From NCBI RefSeq assembly GCF_009914755.1, contig NC_060929.1: 64,000 nt of DNA; one strand, 5' to 3'. This DNA comes from the human T2T-CHM13v2.0 reference genome, Homo sapiens. The notes under the pieces were generated by a model. It worked only from the letters and a program-made list of their open reading frames with translations, did no database searches and was not told where the DNA came from. Shown here in pieces: positions 17,168 through 32,831 of the stretch. Made by a program: the position numbers and the translations under genes. Positions within the stretch are counted from its first letter, which is position 1; the number at the start of each line of letters is the position of its first letter.

Positions 17168-18317
17168 CAACCTTGGAAATTAAGGTAGAGAAAGGGGATC
17201 AGAACCTGACTCAGGGAACTTCTTTTGTTCTTTCTTTTACTTCCCACACTATACTGATGTAATCAGGGAACTTCTTAACCCAAGAAACTTACGTGTTGTT
17301 TCTTTCTTCCTCCTCTCAGTATTGAGTTATTTCTTCTAAACATTTCATCTCTGTCTATTGCATCTCTACCAACTTGTTTATTGACTTTCCTGGCTTCTTC
17401 CTTTGGTTGGATCCTATGATTTTCTACTGTCTCGCAGAGGATGTGTATGTTGATTTCTTATCGTGTTTATACATTTCACTCATTTAGAATTCTTCCCTTG
17501 CTTTGGGGTCTCCAGGCACACGAGCAAAACAAACTGTTAGAAAAAAAAGTGCAGCTGTGATTCTTCTTGGAGGAAATGACAGGCGGAGGGGAGAGTAGTG
17601 CATCAGGAAGTGAAGTCGCCAGTCACCATGGAGCACCACCCAGCACCAGGCGTCGGGCCTGGGCACATCAGAGCCAGCGTGCCTGCCCCAGAAACATTTC
17701 CTTGTCTCTAGGGCAGTGTTGCCAAGTCATACACCTGACATTACTGACATTGAATTACAGTGAAAAGTGATTCACTCTTTATTCTCTTTCTTTCCTTCCA
17801 TGCTGGAAACAGTTCCTAGCTCAAGTTTAAGAACAATACATATTACTGTGTCTATTTTTGTGATTATCAATGATAGAGGTATTTCTTTTATCATGGTAAT
17901 AAAAAAGCATTCCTTTAAAGTACTAGAATAAGTAAAGAATATCAATTTAAGGAAAGGCACCATGGTAAGACCCCCACTGACGAAAAGGCCTGCATGGGCC
18001 CCAGCGGTCTGAGGTGGGGCTGGGAGGGGCTGCTGGGGGGCTGCAGAACCTCTGAGATCGCTTGGCATCCCCCTGGCCCTGGCTGCCTGTGGCGTTCCAG
18101 CTGCTTTTTTGGGCGGGAAAGGAGCATCTGTGGACCTCAGTGATAGAACTGCAGGTCCCACTGAGACGAACCCTTATCCTTGTCCTGGAGTCCTGGATGT
18201 GGGGGGGCCCCATATTTCCATCACCTGTATGAGTTAAAGCCAAACACTTTCATTCATGCTCTGGCCTAAGAACCAAGGAAAACCAGATGCCCTATTATGA
18301 AGCCCCAACAAGTAACC

Positions 18318-18633
18318 TTTTATTTTTTCTTATTTTTTTTTGAGATGGAGTCTTGCTCTGTCATCCAGGCTGTCAGAGTGCAGTGATGTACTCTCACCTC
18401 ACTGCAGTCTCGACCTTCCAGGCTCAAGTGATCCTCCCACTTCACCCTCCCAAATAGCTGGGACCACAGGCATGCACCACCACGCCCGGCTAATTTTTAT
18501 ACATATATTTTTTGTAGAGATAGGGTTTCGCCATGTTGCCCAGGCTGGTCTCAAACTCCTGGGCACAAACGATCTTCCCGCCTCGTCCTCCCAAAGTGCT
18601 GGAACTACCGGTGTGAGCCACCGCGCCCGGTCC
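18318..18633 (-). mobile_element. AluJ
   Basis: Diverged reverse Alu with J-type ctcaagtgatcctccc. Confidence 0.9.
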
Positions 18634-18765
18634 AAATAACCTTTTCAAACCAAACCGGCTGCTTCCCTAACAGATCCAGAGTACATGCTAATCAAAGGTT
18701 TTGCCTTTAGAAATACTTTATACAGAAAGAATTCACAGCTCTCATGTGGGTAAAAAACGAAAACA

Positions 18766-19304
<539 letters not shown>

Positions 19305-20261
19305 TCACCTATAAAATGTTGACATAAAGGGCAAATCTAAACTTCGATTCATTTAATGCAAATAAAAGCCCAGTAAATCCTGTTTACCTGTTTTCCCGAG
19401 GAAGGAGGAGCGTGCATGTTTATCTCCTCTGTCTGGCTCTGCAAGGCTCTGGTCTGCACTAGAGGCAGAGTCCCTTCCTTGCTGGCCTGAATGATCACAC
19501 ACTGGCCCCTCGGTGTCCAGGCCCCCTCCTGAGGCCCGTGGAGGAGAGTGAGCACAGGGTGGGGTGTGAGTGTGAAACCACGGCCCTTTGGAGTCAATAT
19601 CCTGGGAACATCTGGACCTCATTAATGAGATTAAAAGGAAGATTTCCTGAAGACTGACTGACATTTACCTACCATCTTGAATCTCTAAGAGGGCTCAGCA
19701 GGGCACAGTAGGATTTGAAAACCAACCTGGGAAGGGGCCACTTAATTACTGTCTTGTTACAGGGGTGTAAAGGTTCACGATGGCTGTCTCCAGGTGGTGG
19801 TTTACGGATTGTTTAATTTTGTGATGTTTTCTATATTTTTAAAAATTGTAATAGTAATATGTATTATCTCTATTGTCAGAAAAGTAATAAAGGTGATTAA
19901 ATGAAATATCTGAAGTGCAGTCAATGACTGGTGACTTTGGTGAATTAGTTTGAGAATGAAAACATCTCTCCAGCTTCCTGATGGCCACAAATCCCTGATG
20001 TCAGGCCCAGGGAGTTGCCGCTCTCCTCTTCTGCCATCCTGGCGGTGGCTCCCATGGCACCAGGGCAAAGGTACAAGAGACGTGGTGGTTACTTCTATAC
20101 CATCTGAATCCACCTGGGTAGCAGGGATGGTCAGGGCTTTTCAGCAGGAACCAGTCTATACACAGTATGACTATTCTCTACTTGAACAAAAAATAGGATT
20201 TAAAGTTTAAGTGGTCACTGCAAAGGATAATAATTATTTCAATATATTTAGTATCGGCCAG

Positions 20262-20776
20262 TATGATGGTTAATATTGAGTATCAACTTGATTGGATTGA
20301 AGCATGCAAAGTATTGTTCCTGCATGTGTCTGTGAGGGTGATGCCGAAGGAGGTTAATATTTGAGTCAGTGGACTGGGAGAGGCAGGCCCACACTCAATC
20401 TGGGTGGGCACCATCTAATCAGCTGCCAGTGCAGCTGGGATAAAAGCAGGGAGAGGAACATGGAAGGACTAGACTGGCTGTGTCTTCTGGCCTCCATCTT
20501 TCTCTCGTGCTGGATGCTTCCTGCCCTCAAACATCAGACTCCAAGTTCTTCAGCTTTTGGACTCTTGGACCTATACCTTTGATTTGCCAGAGGCTCTTGG
20601 CTTCCCTACTTTTGAGGTTTTGGGACTCGGACTGGCTTCCTTGCTCCTCAGCTTGCAGACAGTCTATTGTGGGGCGTTACCTTGTGATCATGTGACTCAA
20701 TTCTCCTAATAAACTCCCTTTCATATATCCATCTATCCTATTAGTCTTGTCCCTCTAGAGAACCTGGACTAATACA
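20262..20776 (+). mobile_element. MLT2A-like ERVL solo LTR
   Basis: tgatggttaatattgag..tcaacttgattggattga...ccctctagagaacctggactaataca. Confidence 0.88.
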
Positions 20777-20786
20777 GCTGGCATTT

Positions 20787-21080
<294 letters not shown>

Positions 21081-21565
21081 AATTTTCTTAAAAACACTTA
21101 AGCTGAAAAGAACTTTATATCATAGAATTAGGTTGTAAGCCTCTTAGGTGCAGGGGCCATGCCTTTAGTTTTGTTTGTATCATTTCTCTGGTCACTATAC
21201 CTCCTCCCCAGCACCTGATACATGGGTATGAATCCTTCTTCAGGAAAACCTGTGCAGCAAAACCTCAATTTAGGAAACCGAAGTCAATGTATTTAGATTT
21301 TGGAAATACAAAAGCAAAAATTTGCATTTACAAAAAGATTTACAAAAAGGTTTCTTCAAATAGTGAATTCCTCTGCATCATTTAAAATGTTTTATTCACA
21401 AATGTTTATGTTTACAAGCCCATTTTGGTTATTTTCTTGACATAAATCATTTTACACTTGAACAAAGATTGGCTATTGAAAAAATGGAAGAGATGAAAAC
21501 CAAGTAAGCCTTTTACAATTAAGATTGAATGAATGTAAACATTACTTCCAGTTATTTAAAAATTA

Positions 21566-21832
<267 letters not shown>

Positions 21833-22198
21833 TTAGGAAATGAGTTTAGAAAATCTCAGGCTATTTTTTTTAGCACAGTATTATTTCACATCCTCCCATT
21901 GGATTTCAGTCATTTGAGAGCCAATCAACCAACATTTATAGAATATCTGTGTGCCAGGCATTGTTCTGGACACTAGGGATATGAGACTTTAGCAATTATC
22001 TAATTCAACTCATCACTTTACCAGGAAAAAAACCGAGGCACAGAGAGGATGAAGTGATTTGTTCATGGTTAGTCTACTGCTAAATAGCAAAGTTGAATGC
22101 TTTTTCTACCATCTCTTTTCAAACAGCAGCATTTGATAAATGCATGTGGACTTGACAATCTATTCCCCAGGAGGCTAAACGAGACCATTTTCCTCTGA

Positions 22199-22695
22199 TG
22201 TGGTGTGAAATAAGTCCACAAATCTGACACTCCCTTTGAAAAGTAAGATTTTCCTCCCCTAGAATATGGGCTGGCCTTAGTGACTCATTTCTAACAAATA
22301 GAAAAATGGTATAAGTGACAGTGTACACCTCTAGAGACTAGGTCATGAAAGGCCCTGTGGCTCCCTGTTTATTTGCTCTGGAGGAAGTTAACTGCCATGT
22401 GTGAGGACATCCAAGCAGCCTGTGGAGATGCCCACATGGCAAGGAGCTGAGGCCTCCAGCCAAGAGCCTTGTGAGTGAGTCAGCTTAAAAGTGGAGCCTG
22501 CAGCCCCACTCAAGTCTTCGGATGACCACAGGCCTGCTTGACAACAATCTCACGAGAGACCCTGAGCCAGAACCACTGGGCTAAACCACTCCCAGTGTCC
22601 TTACCCTCATAGAATGTGTGAAGTTATGAATGTTTATTGTTTTAAGCTGCTAAGTTTTGGGGTAATTTGTTACGCAGCAATAGAGAGCTAATACT
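22199..22695 (+). mobile_element. MLT1 (F/G-like) MaLR LTR
   Basis: gggctggccttagtgactc...tttaagctgctaagttttggggtaatttgttacgcagcaatag. Confidence 0.8.
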
Positions 22696-22814
22696 CTCTT
22701 TTACTGTCACTTTGTTTTCACTCCTACCCTTCCTTGACCTCCCTCTAATACCTTATTTTATAGTTTATATTCTTAGGGCAATGATTGACACTTTTTTTAG
22801 TTCTAAAATTTTTA

Positions 22815-23030
22815 CTATATTTATTTATTTAACAGCTTTACTGAGATATAATTTATGTACTATAAAGTTGGTTGACACATTTAAAAATTGTAATAAAACA
22901 TAAAACTTAACATTTTAACCACTTTAAAACATACAATTCAGTGGCAGTAATTGCATTTATGATGTTGTATAACCATGACCACTATCTAGTTCCAGAACTT
23001 TCTCATCACCCCAAATGGAAGCCCCATACA
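22815..23030 (-). mobile_element. Old L1M (MB/MC-like) 3' end
   Basis: aacagctttactgagatataattt...tacaattcagtggc...tctagttccagaactttctcatcacccca is the reverse complement of an L1M 3' UTR. Confidence 0.7.
22820..22829 (-). terminator. Distal poly(A) signal candidate (AATAAATAAA)
   Basis: + strand tttatttatt gives two overlapping AATAAA on the minus strand. Confidence 0.6.
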
Positions 23031-23119
23031 TATGGCTGACACATTTTAAAAGATTAATTTTATTTTGTCCCCCAAATCTGGGGGGACAAAAGTAACAAAG
23101 AAAAATGAGCTCACAATTA

Positions 23120-23470
<351 letters not shown>

Positions 23471-24298
23471 TTATTTCTAACAACAATATATCAATCTTTT
23501 CACATTCTTATATAGAATCAGAGAATCTAATGAAATACATTCTATTATGGATAAACCAAAATCTCAAGTACTTGTTTTACAAAAAATTAAGTCTTCAAAA
23601 CTCTTTTGAAGTCCACTGGGTGCAGAACATCCCCCACTGTGCCTGAAAACCAAGGAACTAGAACTGGAGACAGCTGTTGGGAGGACAGCAGCGATAACAG
23701 ATAGGTGCCCTGTAGCGATGGCCTCCAACGGCTACCTACACCCAGCCCTGGGATTCGGAGGATGCAGAAGGAACATCTGGGCTCAGCTATTTCATGCTGT
23801 CGGCCATACACTTCCAAGTGGGAGGTGATGGCAGTTTGGTCAGCTGTTTGCCAACCCAGGAGTTGGGTAAAGGTTGGTAAGAGATGTTATTAGTTTTAGC
23901 ACCATTTCCTTCCAATAGTCTCATTTTAATACAATACAGGTTAGTAGTGACCAGAAAATATTGCTACTGAATTGAAGGATGACTATACAAGGACTTATAT
24001 CAGATTATTTGTTGCTTTTAGTTTCTAGTGTCCCATAAAGTATAGAAATGGAAATTGCTGACAAGAGAGTACCTTTGGTAGGCACAGTTCCTTTTCTCCC
24101 CCCACTGGAGAGGACGCTACAACCTTGCTATAGAGTGTCCTGTGACTGCCCAGTGATGTAGATTATGCTCCTACCCCAGGAGGGGCAGCTTGAGAACAGA
24201 AAAGCAACAGCTGGAAGACATTTATATTACCTCTGTATTCAGCTCATTGGACTAGCATCTTTCATGGTGTGAGACTTTCTCATTTACTCATTTGTCCA

Positions 24299-24304
24299 TT
24301 TATT
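24299..24304 (-). terminator. Intermediate poly(A) signal candidate AATAAA
   Basis: + strand tttatt within the UTR; hexamer only. Confidence 0.3.
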
Positions 24305-24323
24305 CATTTGTTTTAAAAAATGA

Positions 24324-24639
24324 GGCCAGGCATGGTGACTCATGCCTGTAATCCCAGCACTTTTGGAGCCCAAGCTGGGATAATTGCTGGAGCCCAGGAG
24401 TTTAAGACCAGCTGGGCAACATAGGGAACCTTGTCTTTTCAAAAAATAAAATTAGCTGGGTGTGGCGGTATATGCCTGTAGTTCCAGCTATTTGGGTGCC
24501 TGAGGTGGGAGAATCACTTGAGCCCAGGAGTTTGAGGCTACGGTGAGTTGTGATTGTACCACTGTACTCCAACCTGGTGACAGAGTGAGATCGTCTCATA
24601 AAGATATAAAAAATTAAAAATAAAATAAAAATTAAAAAA
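24324..24639 (+). mobile_element. AluJ in the ARSB 3' UTR (antisense to the mRNA)
   Basis: Diverged dimer; TSD ttaaaaa(a)tga. Confidence 0.92.
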
Positions 24640-25377
24640 TGAGTGCCTTCAGGCAGTGTTCCAAGCATTGGTGAACAAAATGGTGGGGCTAATGCAGAAA
24701 AGAGTATCATTTTTGCACACATGTCTCTGGGTTTGACACTCTCTGGAGCTAATATGGACTGTTCCACATTAGTAAGACATTAGTGGGATTGAGAAAGGGC
24801 TGCAGGTGTCAAACTGCATCCTCTTTGCCAGACCCCAGAACCTCAAAACAAGCAGTAAAACAGAGAATAAGAGGACTGTGGGTGTGCCCTCCTCTGCTTT
24901 ACCAAGGCCCAGTATCCCAGACACTGGCCACTTGCTTTTTCATATCCTTTCCTGAGGTTTCTTCTCACTGCTAGTAAATAGCAGTGCAAGTCTTAATATA
25001 TTATGAAATAAAGCTACAATCACAATGACTAACTCCATGCAATATAGGAAAAGCCTCGCTGAACAGATGCCACAGAGCCAAGCATCTCCCACCCAGCCCT
25101 CTTAGTGTCTACCATGAACATCCTCACAGAGCAACTCCACCGCCTATTACGGGGAGGCCTCTAGCTTCAGCCCTAGGGGCAAAAGTAAGGCAGGGCTCAG
25201 CAGCGTTCCAGAAATCAGGGGTGCTCAGGTAGAGAAGCAAAGTGGCCTTCCCAGGGATAGGACTACTGAGGTCAAAAGGAAAGGCAGGAAAAGCCACAGA
25301 AGAATTGGAAGTGGCAGGAAGTCTAGACAGAGTGAGCAATGGCTGGGGGGAAATAAATTACGATAAAAACACATTTC

Positions 25378-25383
25378 TTTATT
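25378..25383 (-). terminator. Proximal poly(A) signal candidate AATAAA
   Basis: + strand tttatt about 600 nt after the stop, followed on the minus strand by GU/U-rich sequence (TGTGTTTTT). Confidence 0.55.
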
Positions 25384-25979
25384 TTAAAAGCCACAGTCAT
25401 GGTGCAGGCATTTTGCTGTTGACCTGAACAACAAAATGGGCCTTATGCTCTGTGATGAGATAAGTGAGTAAGGGGTGAACCAAGAGGGGTGGTTCACTTG
25501 GAGTGCCTGAACATGATCCTTCACCGACAGGGAGAAGCCTTGGCCAACAGAACCATTAATCACTGTCTGCTCCCTTCATTTGCGTAAGAAATGTGATTCA
25601 CTCCAATAAAACTGGCTATTGGCAGAGGGGAATCGAACGTCTGACTTGTGAGTCTAAAAGAGCCAGCTGTTCCAGCCTCCAGGATTCAGTGAGAACTTCC
25701 TATTTCAAGTTAAGTTCCCAGCTGTCCCAAGGCTTAGGAAAGGGGGATAAACCCAGCCACCCCCACCTCTAGACACATGCTCCAGCCAACAGCAGGAGTG
25801 TTGCAGATTTTATCAGCTTCTTAAATGCATTAGGGGTTGAAATTAGACACCTCGGTGTGGTTTAAGAGCAAGAGAAGGGCCAAGTGAACCCAGGTTGGGA
25901 TAACAAATGAGACAAGAGTCGTGAGAAAAGGCCTGAGGTCCAACTTCCAATTGAAAGGTTTTCTAGCCTCCCTGAAATC

Positions 25980-26267
<288 letters not shown>

Positions 26268-26499
26268 TTACTGAGGGAGAAGCACAGAGGCAGGTTCTAA
26301 TTTCAGGGAAGGAGTCTGAGGCCAAGGCTGCACTGGGTTGTGGGTGTGGAAACATAAAAAGATGCGGCCCTAGATGCTGTCTCTAGATGCTTCTCAGACT
26401 TGACTTCTGGTGCTTTAACTAGACATGTCTCACTGCTTCACAAGCAAGGACACCCAGAAACGTGTGTGCATGTGTGTATGTCCTTGTCACAAGGACTAG

Positions 26500-26631
26500 G
26501 GCATAGGGGTGCTCCTGGCATTTAGTGGGCATGAGCTAGTGATGCTAAAGTCTTGCAATACATGGGACAATCCCAGTCAAAAAAGACTTGTCATATTGCA
26601 AACGCCAAAAATGTTCTCATTGTAAACATTG
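26500..26631. mobile_element. MER20-like hAT fragment in intron 7
   Basis: gggtgctcctggcatttagtggg...gatgctaaa...gggacaatccc. Confidence 0.55.
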
Positions 26632-26880
26632 ATTAATTACATCACAGCCTTAACCATCATCCCACATATTTTAAAAGTATTGAAAAGATATCACTCTTAG
26701 AGAATATAATCAGAGGAGCAACCTCCTTCCCCAGCTATACCACTGGTTGAGGGTGTAGCTCTCAGAGACTCTCTTTGTTAGCTAAATGTGCTGTGCTTGA
26801 TAGCCACATATATTTAAAATCCGTATTTTCCATGAAGCATAAGAGTGACATTTCTTCCTTTCACCCCTGCTACAGTTAAT

Positions 26881-26931
26881 TCTCTCTGTCTTTCTCTCTC
26901 TCTCTCTTTTTTTTTTTTTTTTTTTTTTTTT
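26881..26931 (+). repeat. (TC)n plus poly(T) pyrimidine tract
   Basis: Read directly from the sequence. Confidence 0.9.
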
Positions 26932-27336
26932 GGTTAGGACGAGTAGGTTAAACCATTTCTTCCTATCTCCTCATTCAGCAGCCCCAGAGATATGTTTTGC
27001 AAAAGGCATTTGTTACTTCGGTAAGCTTCTCCTTGATGATCCACTGGGAAAGCTTACTTGCACCATGACAATGATGGAAGCTGTGTAATTGGGAACAGGC
27101 GGAGTCTTAGAATTGGGAAAAGAAAACCCTGAATAAATAGTTGTCTTTCTAGGACATATATCAGGAGGGATCATGAAAGATTAGAAAGACAAATTAAGAT
27201 TTCAGGTATCTGAGCAAAGTGAGGTAAGTGGTAGGGCTTAGGGGCCTTGAGGAGGAGCCACAGAGGAAGAGGTGGGAAACGGTTAGAACAAGAGTGATAA
27301 TGTCCTCTCTTTCCAGAGAAATGGCCGTGGGAATCA

Positions 27337-27615
<279 letters not shown>

Positions 27616-29789
27616 TCAGCATTTTATACCCTTGCAGAACAGTAGCTTTTATTCAACACTGGAGTGCAAATGTGTATCTTGCCACAGAAATGAATCTTTT
27701 ATTAAATCCAAACAGAAAGCTATAGTTACATGAAATGTCAGTCATAAACCACCGCAAATATAAAGGAAATCCCAAAGAGATTACAACACTAATTCATCCT
27801 TAAAATCGCTATGTTCTGCCAATGTACAGCTAGCCATATGCAGAACAGTGTTCTGTTACAGCAGAGTGACTTTTTTTTGGTTTTTGTTTTTGGCTGTTAA
27901 ACATTTAAACACACTTTCTGTGTATACTTATACCTATGTAAATAGTATAAGAAATTATAAAATGTACATTTTCATGCAGTCATTTCAAGCTATGAGAGTT
28001 CATGCATGCCATGATAGAGTACAAAGACTTATTTTTTAACAACTCTTAAGGAATCTAAAAGTGAGCAGTGCTCAGTTAACTATTCAGACAGGATAACTAT
28101 GGGGGTAAGAACAAATTTGGTATACAAATTTTTGGCTGGTATCATGGATTATATTAATTTATCATTTTTGAGATCTTAATTGATCATCAGGTTGGTTTTT
28201 TGCTTTTGTGGGGAGCAATTACTAATCTCTACCACCTCTTAAGTTTGAAACCAATTAAGAGGTAGAAGATAGACAGATGGAACAAAAAATACTGCTTTTG
28301 TTACTGACAAAATTGACTGGAGAGAATACAGCTTCAGATCTGTAGCAGAGAGATCTTGTTTGTAACTGACCCTTGACTTAGAAAGATTTAATCCTCACCA
28401 TTGATCTTGCTGAACACCCAGTGGGCTCCCTTAGAGCACACAGCCAAGAGCAGACCAGAGTGCTTACATATATCCAGGTGACAGGCTGGCTGGAAATTGG
28501 ACAGCAAAAAGGGTCTCGGTTGAACATGCTCAGTTCCTCCTTTTGAATAACTCCTTCCTTTGCCTGATTATGAAAGGAGTGAACAAGGCAAGAGTTCTAC
28601 TCTTGTGGAAGACCCTGGTGGGTCCACAAGGGCCCTCACCTCACTCCTACTTATGCCTATGGTTGAGGCCTAGCTGAATAACATATAGTCTGTTTTAAGC
28701 CCACATTTATCTGTTAGCTTTTCAAATATGGTCACAGCAATCATCTTGGGATCACTTCGAAAGGTTGCTGAACCACCAGCCTAATAATTAATTGTCATAA
28801 TATGTGATATGTCTGTAAAAGTATAGACTCCATTGGAGTGGTTAACCCATCTGTCTGCCTTCCTTCGATAATAGACTTTGAGAGAGCCCTTATCCTCACC
28901 CAAGCAGGACTTCTGTGCTCCTGGGGTTTTCATGCAGGGTGTGTCGGTGGTGGAAAAGGCGGGACATGCCATTCTTTTGACAGTCTTTTGGAAATGACCT
29001 TGTAGAGACAAGCTGGAGACAGATCCGGCAAACACTGGTGCTTTCAGAACTTCAGTCTCAACAATCACACAGCAGCAAATCTTTAGCACCAAAGAGGAAA
29101 ATATTTTTGACTTCTTGTTTCTCTGCTTGCGGATATTTTGGCTCCAATACAAATGGATACTTCTAGTACTTGAGGTGCATGAGCATGTCTATCACAGGAA
29201 ATGGTTGCTAACATACAGACTGTGGTAAAACTGTGAACCCTCATGGTTTACTCCTCACAAGTTTGTATGAAGGCCACATTTTGATACCAAAGAATGTTAA
29301 ATAAAACAAGCATGTTTTGTGAACACAAACAAAAAAAGGAAATTTAACTATCTCATCTATACTTATATTTATACACATTTTTTTCTTAAGACAAACAGGA
29401 ACATAAAATACCTAAACAATAAATAAGCCTAAGACTAAACTATGAAAGATACTATTATCTTGACTTTATTGTTTTCATTTTGAGAAATTAAACAAAGGGA
29501 AAATTACAAAGAATAATATGACTAACACCCTATGAGCCATCACCCAAAATGAACAGATGTTAACATTTTACCATGTTTGCCTTTTTTTAAAAAAAATAAA
29601 AGAAACTGGACAATAAAAATGAAGTTGAAGTCTCCTTTGTTCTTATCCTCAAACCCTGTCCTTTCATTTACTCCTCTAGAGGCTGCTGCTATTGTGACTT
29701 CAGTGCATCCTTCAGCCATTTTAAAATGCAGAATACATATGTGCCAAGGGATAATATATAGCACTGTTTTATGCTTTAAAAATGTATGT

Positions 29790-30080
29790 GTGTACTGTTG
29801 GTGGGAGTGTAAATTAGTAAAGGTATTATGGAAGACAGTATGGAGGTTCCTCAAAAAATTAAAAATAGAACTACCATACAGTGCAGTAATCCCACCACTA
29901 GGTATTTATCCAAACGAAAGGAAATCGGTATACTAAAGGGTTACCTGCACCTCCATGTTTATTGCAACACTATTTATAATAGTCAAGATATGGAATCAAC
30001 CTAAGTGTCCATCAATAGATGAATGGATAAAGAAAATGTGATATATAGACACAATGGAATACTATTCATCCACAAAAAAG
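29790..30080 (+). mobile_element. L1MA-like ORF2 3' fragment
   Basis: WWECKLV..LWKTVWRFLKKLKIELPY motif of the L1 ORF2 C-terminus; caacctaagtgtccatcaatagatgaatgg. Confidence 0.9.
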
Positions 30081-31210
<1,130 letters not shown>

Positions 31211-31259
31211 TCAACATGTGTGAGACTCTTATGCAATAGAAAGAAGTATAAAACAGGGT

Positions 31260-31510
31260 ATGATAGGCAGGATAATGGTTCCTCAAAATGTCAACATCCT
31301 AATCTCCCAGAACCTATGAATACATCACCTTCCATGCCATAAGGGACTCTGCAGGTATGATTATAGGTAAGACCTGTAAGATGTGAGGATTATCTCAGAT
31401 TTATCTGGATGGGCCCGATCTAATGACATGAGTTCATAAATGCAAGGAGTACTTCTTGATTATGGTCAGAGGGAGATGTGGCTGCAGAAGAAGGGTCAGA
31501 GAGGTGGCAA
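31260..31510 (+). mobile_element. MLT1D-like LTR, 5' part
   Basis: ggcaggataatggttcctcaaaatgtc..atcctaatc...gattatc...ggatgggccc. Confidence 0.65.
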
Positions 31511-32212
31511 CTTTTCCTTCTAATCAATAGGGAGACATAAGAGGAATTTAAATATATTTTTTAAAGAGTATATCATATAGTTCACATATGATCAAATTCA
31601 CCCATTTTTAGTGTAAAATTCTATGGTTTTTAGTATGATATATTCACAAAGTTGTATAACCATCACTGTAACATATTTTAGAACATTTTTATCACCCCAG
31701 AAAGAAACCCTGCACCATTGGCAGTTAATCCCCATTTACTCCCACACCCTCCAGCCCTAGGCAACCCTTAACCCACTTTGTGCTCTGGATTTACCTATTC
31801 TGGACATTTTATATAAATAGGATCAGACAATATGTGGCCTTTCGTGTCTGGCTTCTTTCACTTGGCATAATGTTCTCAAGGTTCATTCATTTTGTAGCAT
31901 GTATCAGTACTTCATTCTTTTTAAATAATGAATAATATTCCTTTCATTCCTGTATATTGCCAAAAATATACCACATTTTCTTTATTCATCAATTAATGGA
32001 CACTTCTTTGTTTATACTTTTTGGCGACTACGAGTAATGTACCATTAACATTCATGTACAATTTCAGTGTGGATGTACATCTTCACCTCTCTTGGGTATA
32101 TATCTAGAAGCAGAATTGCTGAGTTATATGGTAAGTCTATGTTTAACCTTTCGAGTAACTGCAGAGCATTAAAAAATGGCTGAAATGTGTTCTGTATTAC
32201 ATTCTCAATTTT

Positions 32213-32490
32213 ATTCTTTTTAGAGACAGGATCTCACTCCATCACCCAGGCTGGAGTGCGATCTTAGCTTTAGCTCACTGCATCCTTAAACTCCTAGGCT
32301 CAAGCGATCCTCTCACCTTAGCCTCCAGAATAGCGGGGACTACAGGCACATGCCATCATGCCCAGCTGATTTTTTATAGAGATGGGGGTCTTGCAATGTT
32401 ACCCAGGCTTGTCTTCTGGCCTCAAGCAATCCTCTCACTCCAGCCTTCCAAAGTGCTGGGATTACAGGCATGAGCCACCATACCCACCCA
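32213..32490 (-). mobile_element. AluJ (degenerate)
   Basis: Reverse Alu. Confidence 0.85.
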
Positions 32491-32674
32491 ATTTCATCCT
32501 TTTGTATATAGATATCTCAGTTGTCTCCAGAACCATTTGTCTGAGAGAGTATTTTTTTCCTCTTTAATTGTCTTGGTATCCTTGTCAAAACCCAATTGAC
32601 CATAAGCATGAGGGTTTATTTCTGGACTCTCGATGCCATTCCATTGATCTATAGTTATTAAAAAATCGATAACC

Positions 32675-32726
<52 letters not shown>
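32675..32726 (+). repeat. (ATCT)13 tetranucleotide STR
   Basis: 13 perfect units. Confidence 0.97.
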
Positions 32727-32727
<1 letters not shown>

Positions 32728-32831
32728 GATACAGGTTTCACTATGTTGGCCAGGCTGGTCTCTAGCTCCTGGCCTCAAGCGATCCAGCCTCCCAAAGTGC
32801 TGGGATTACAGGTGTGAGCCACACACATAGC
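32727..32831 (-). mobile_element. Alu left monomer
   Basis: ggtttcactatgttggccaggctggtc...ggattacaggtgtgagccac. Confidence 0.85.

Noticed and set aside
25475-25497. 8-bp stem GTGAACCA/TGGTTCAC in the 3' UTR
   Set aside because: Short enough to occur by chance in 64 kb.
29577-29936. ORF with a WWECKLV...KIELPY motif
   Set aside because: Decayed L1 ORF2 fragment, not a gene.
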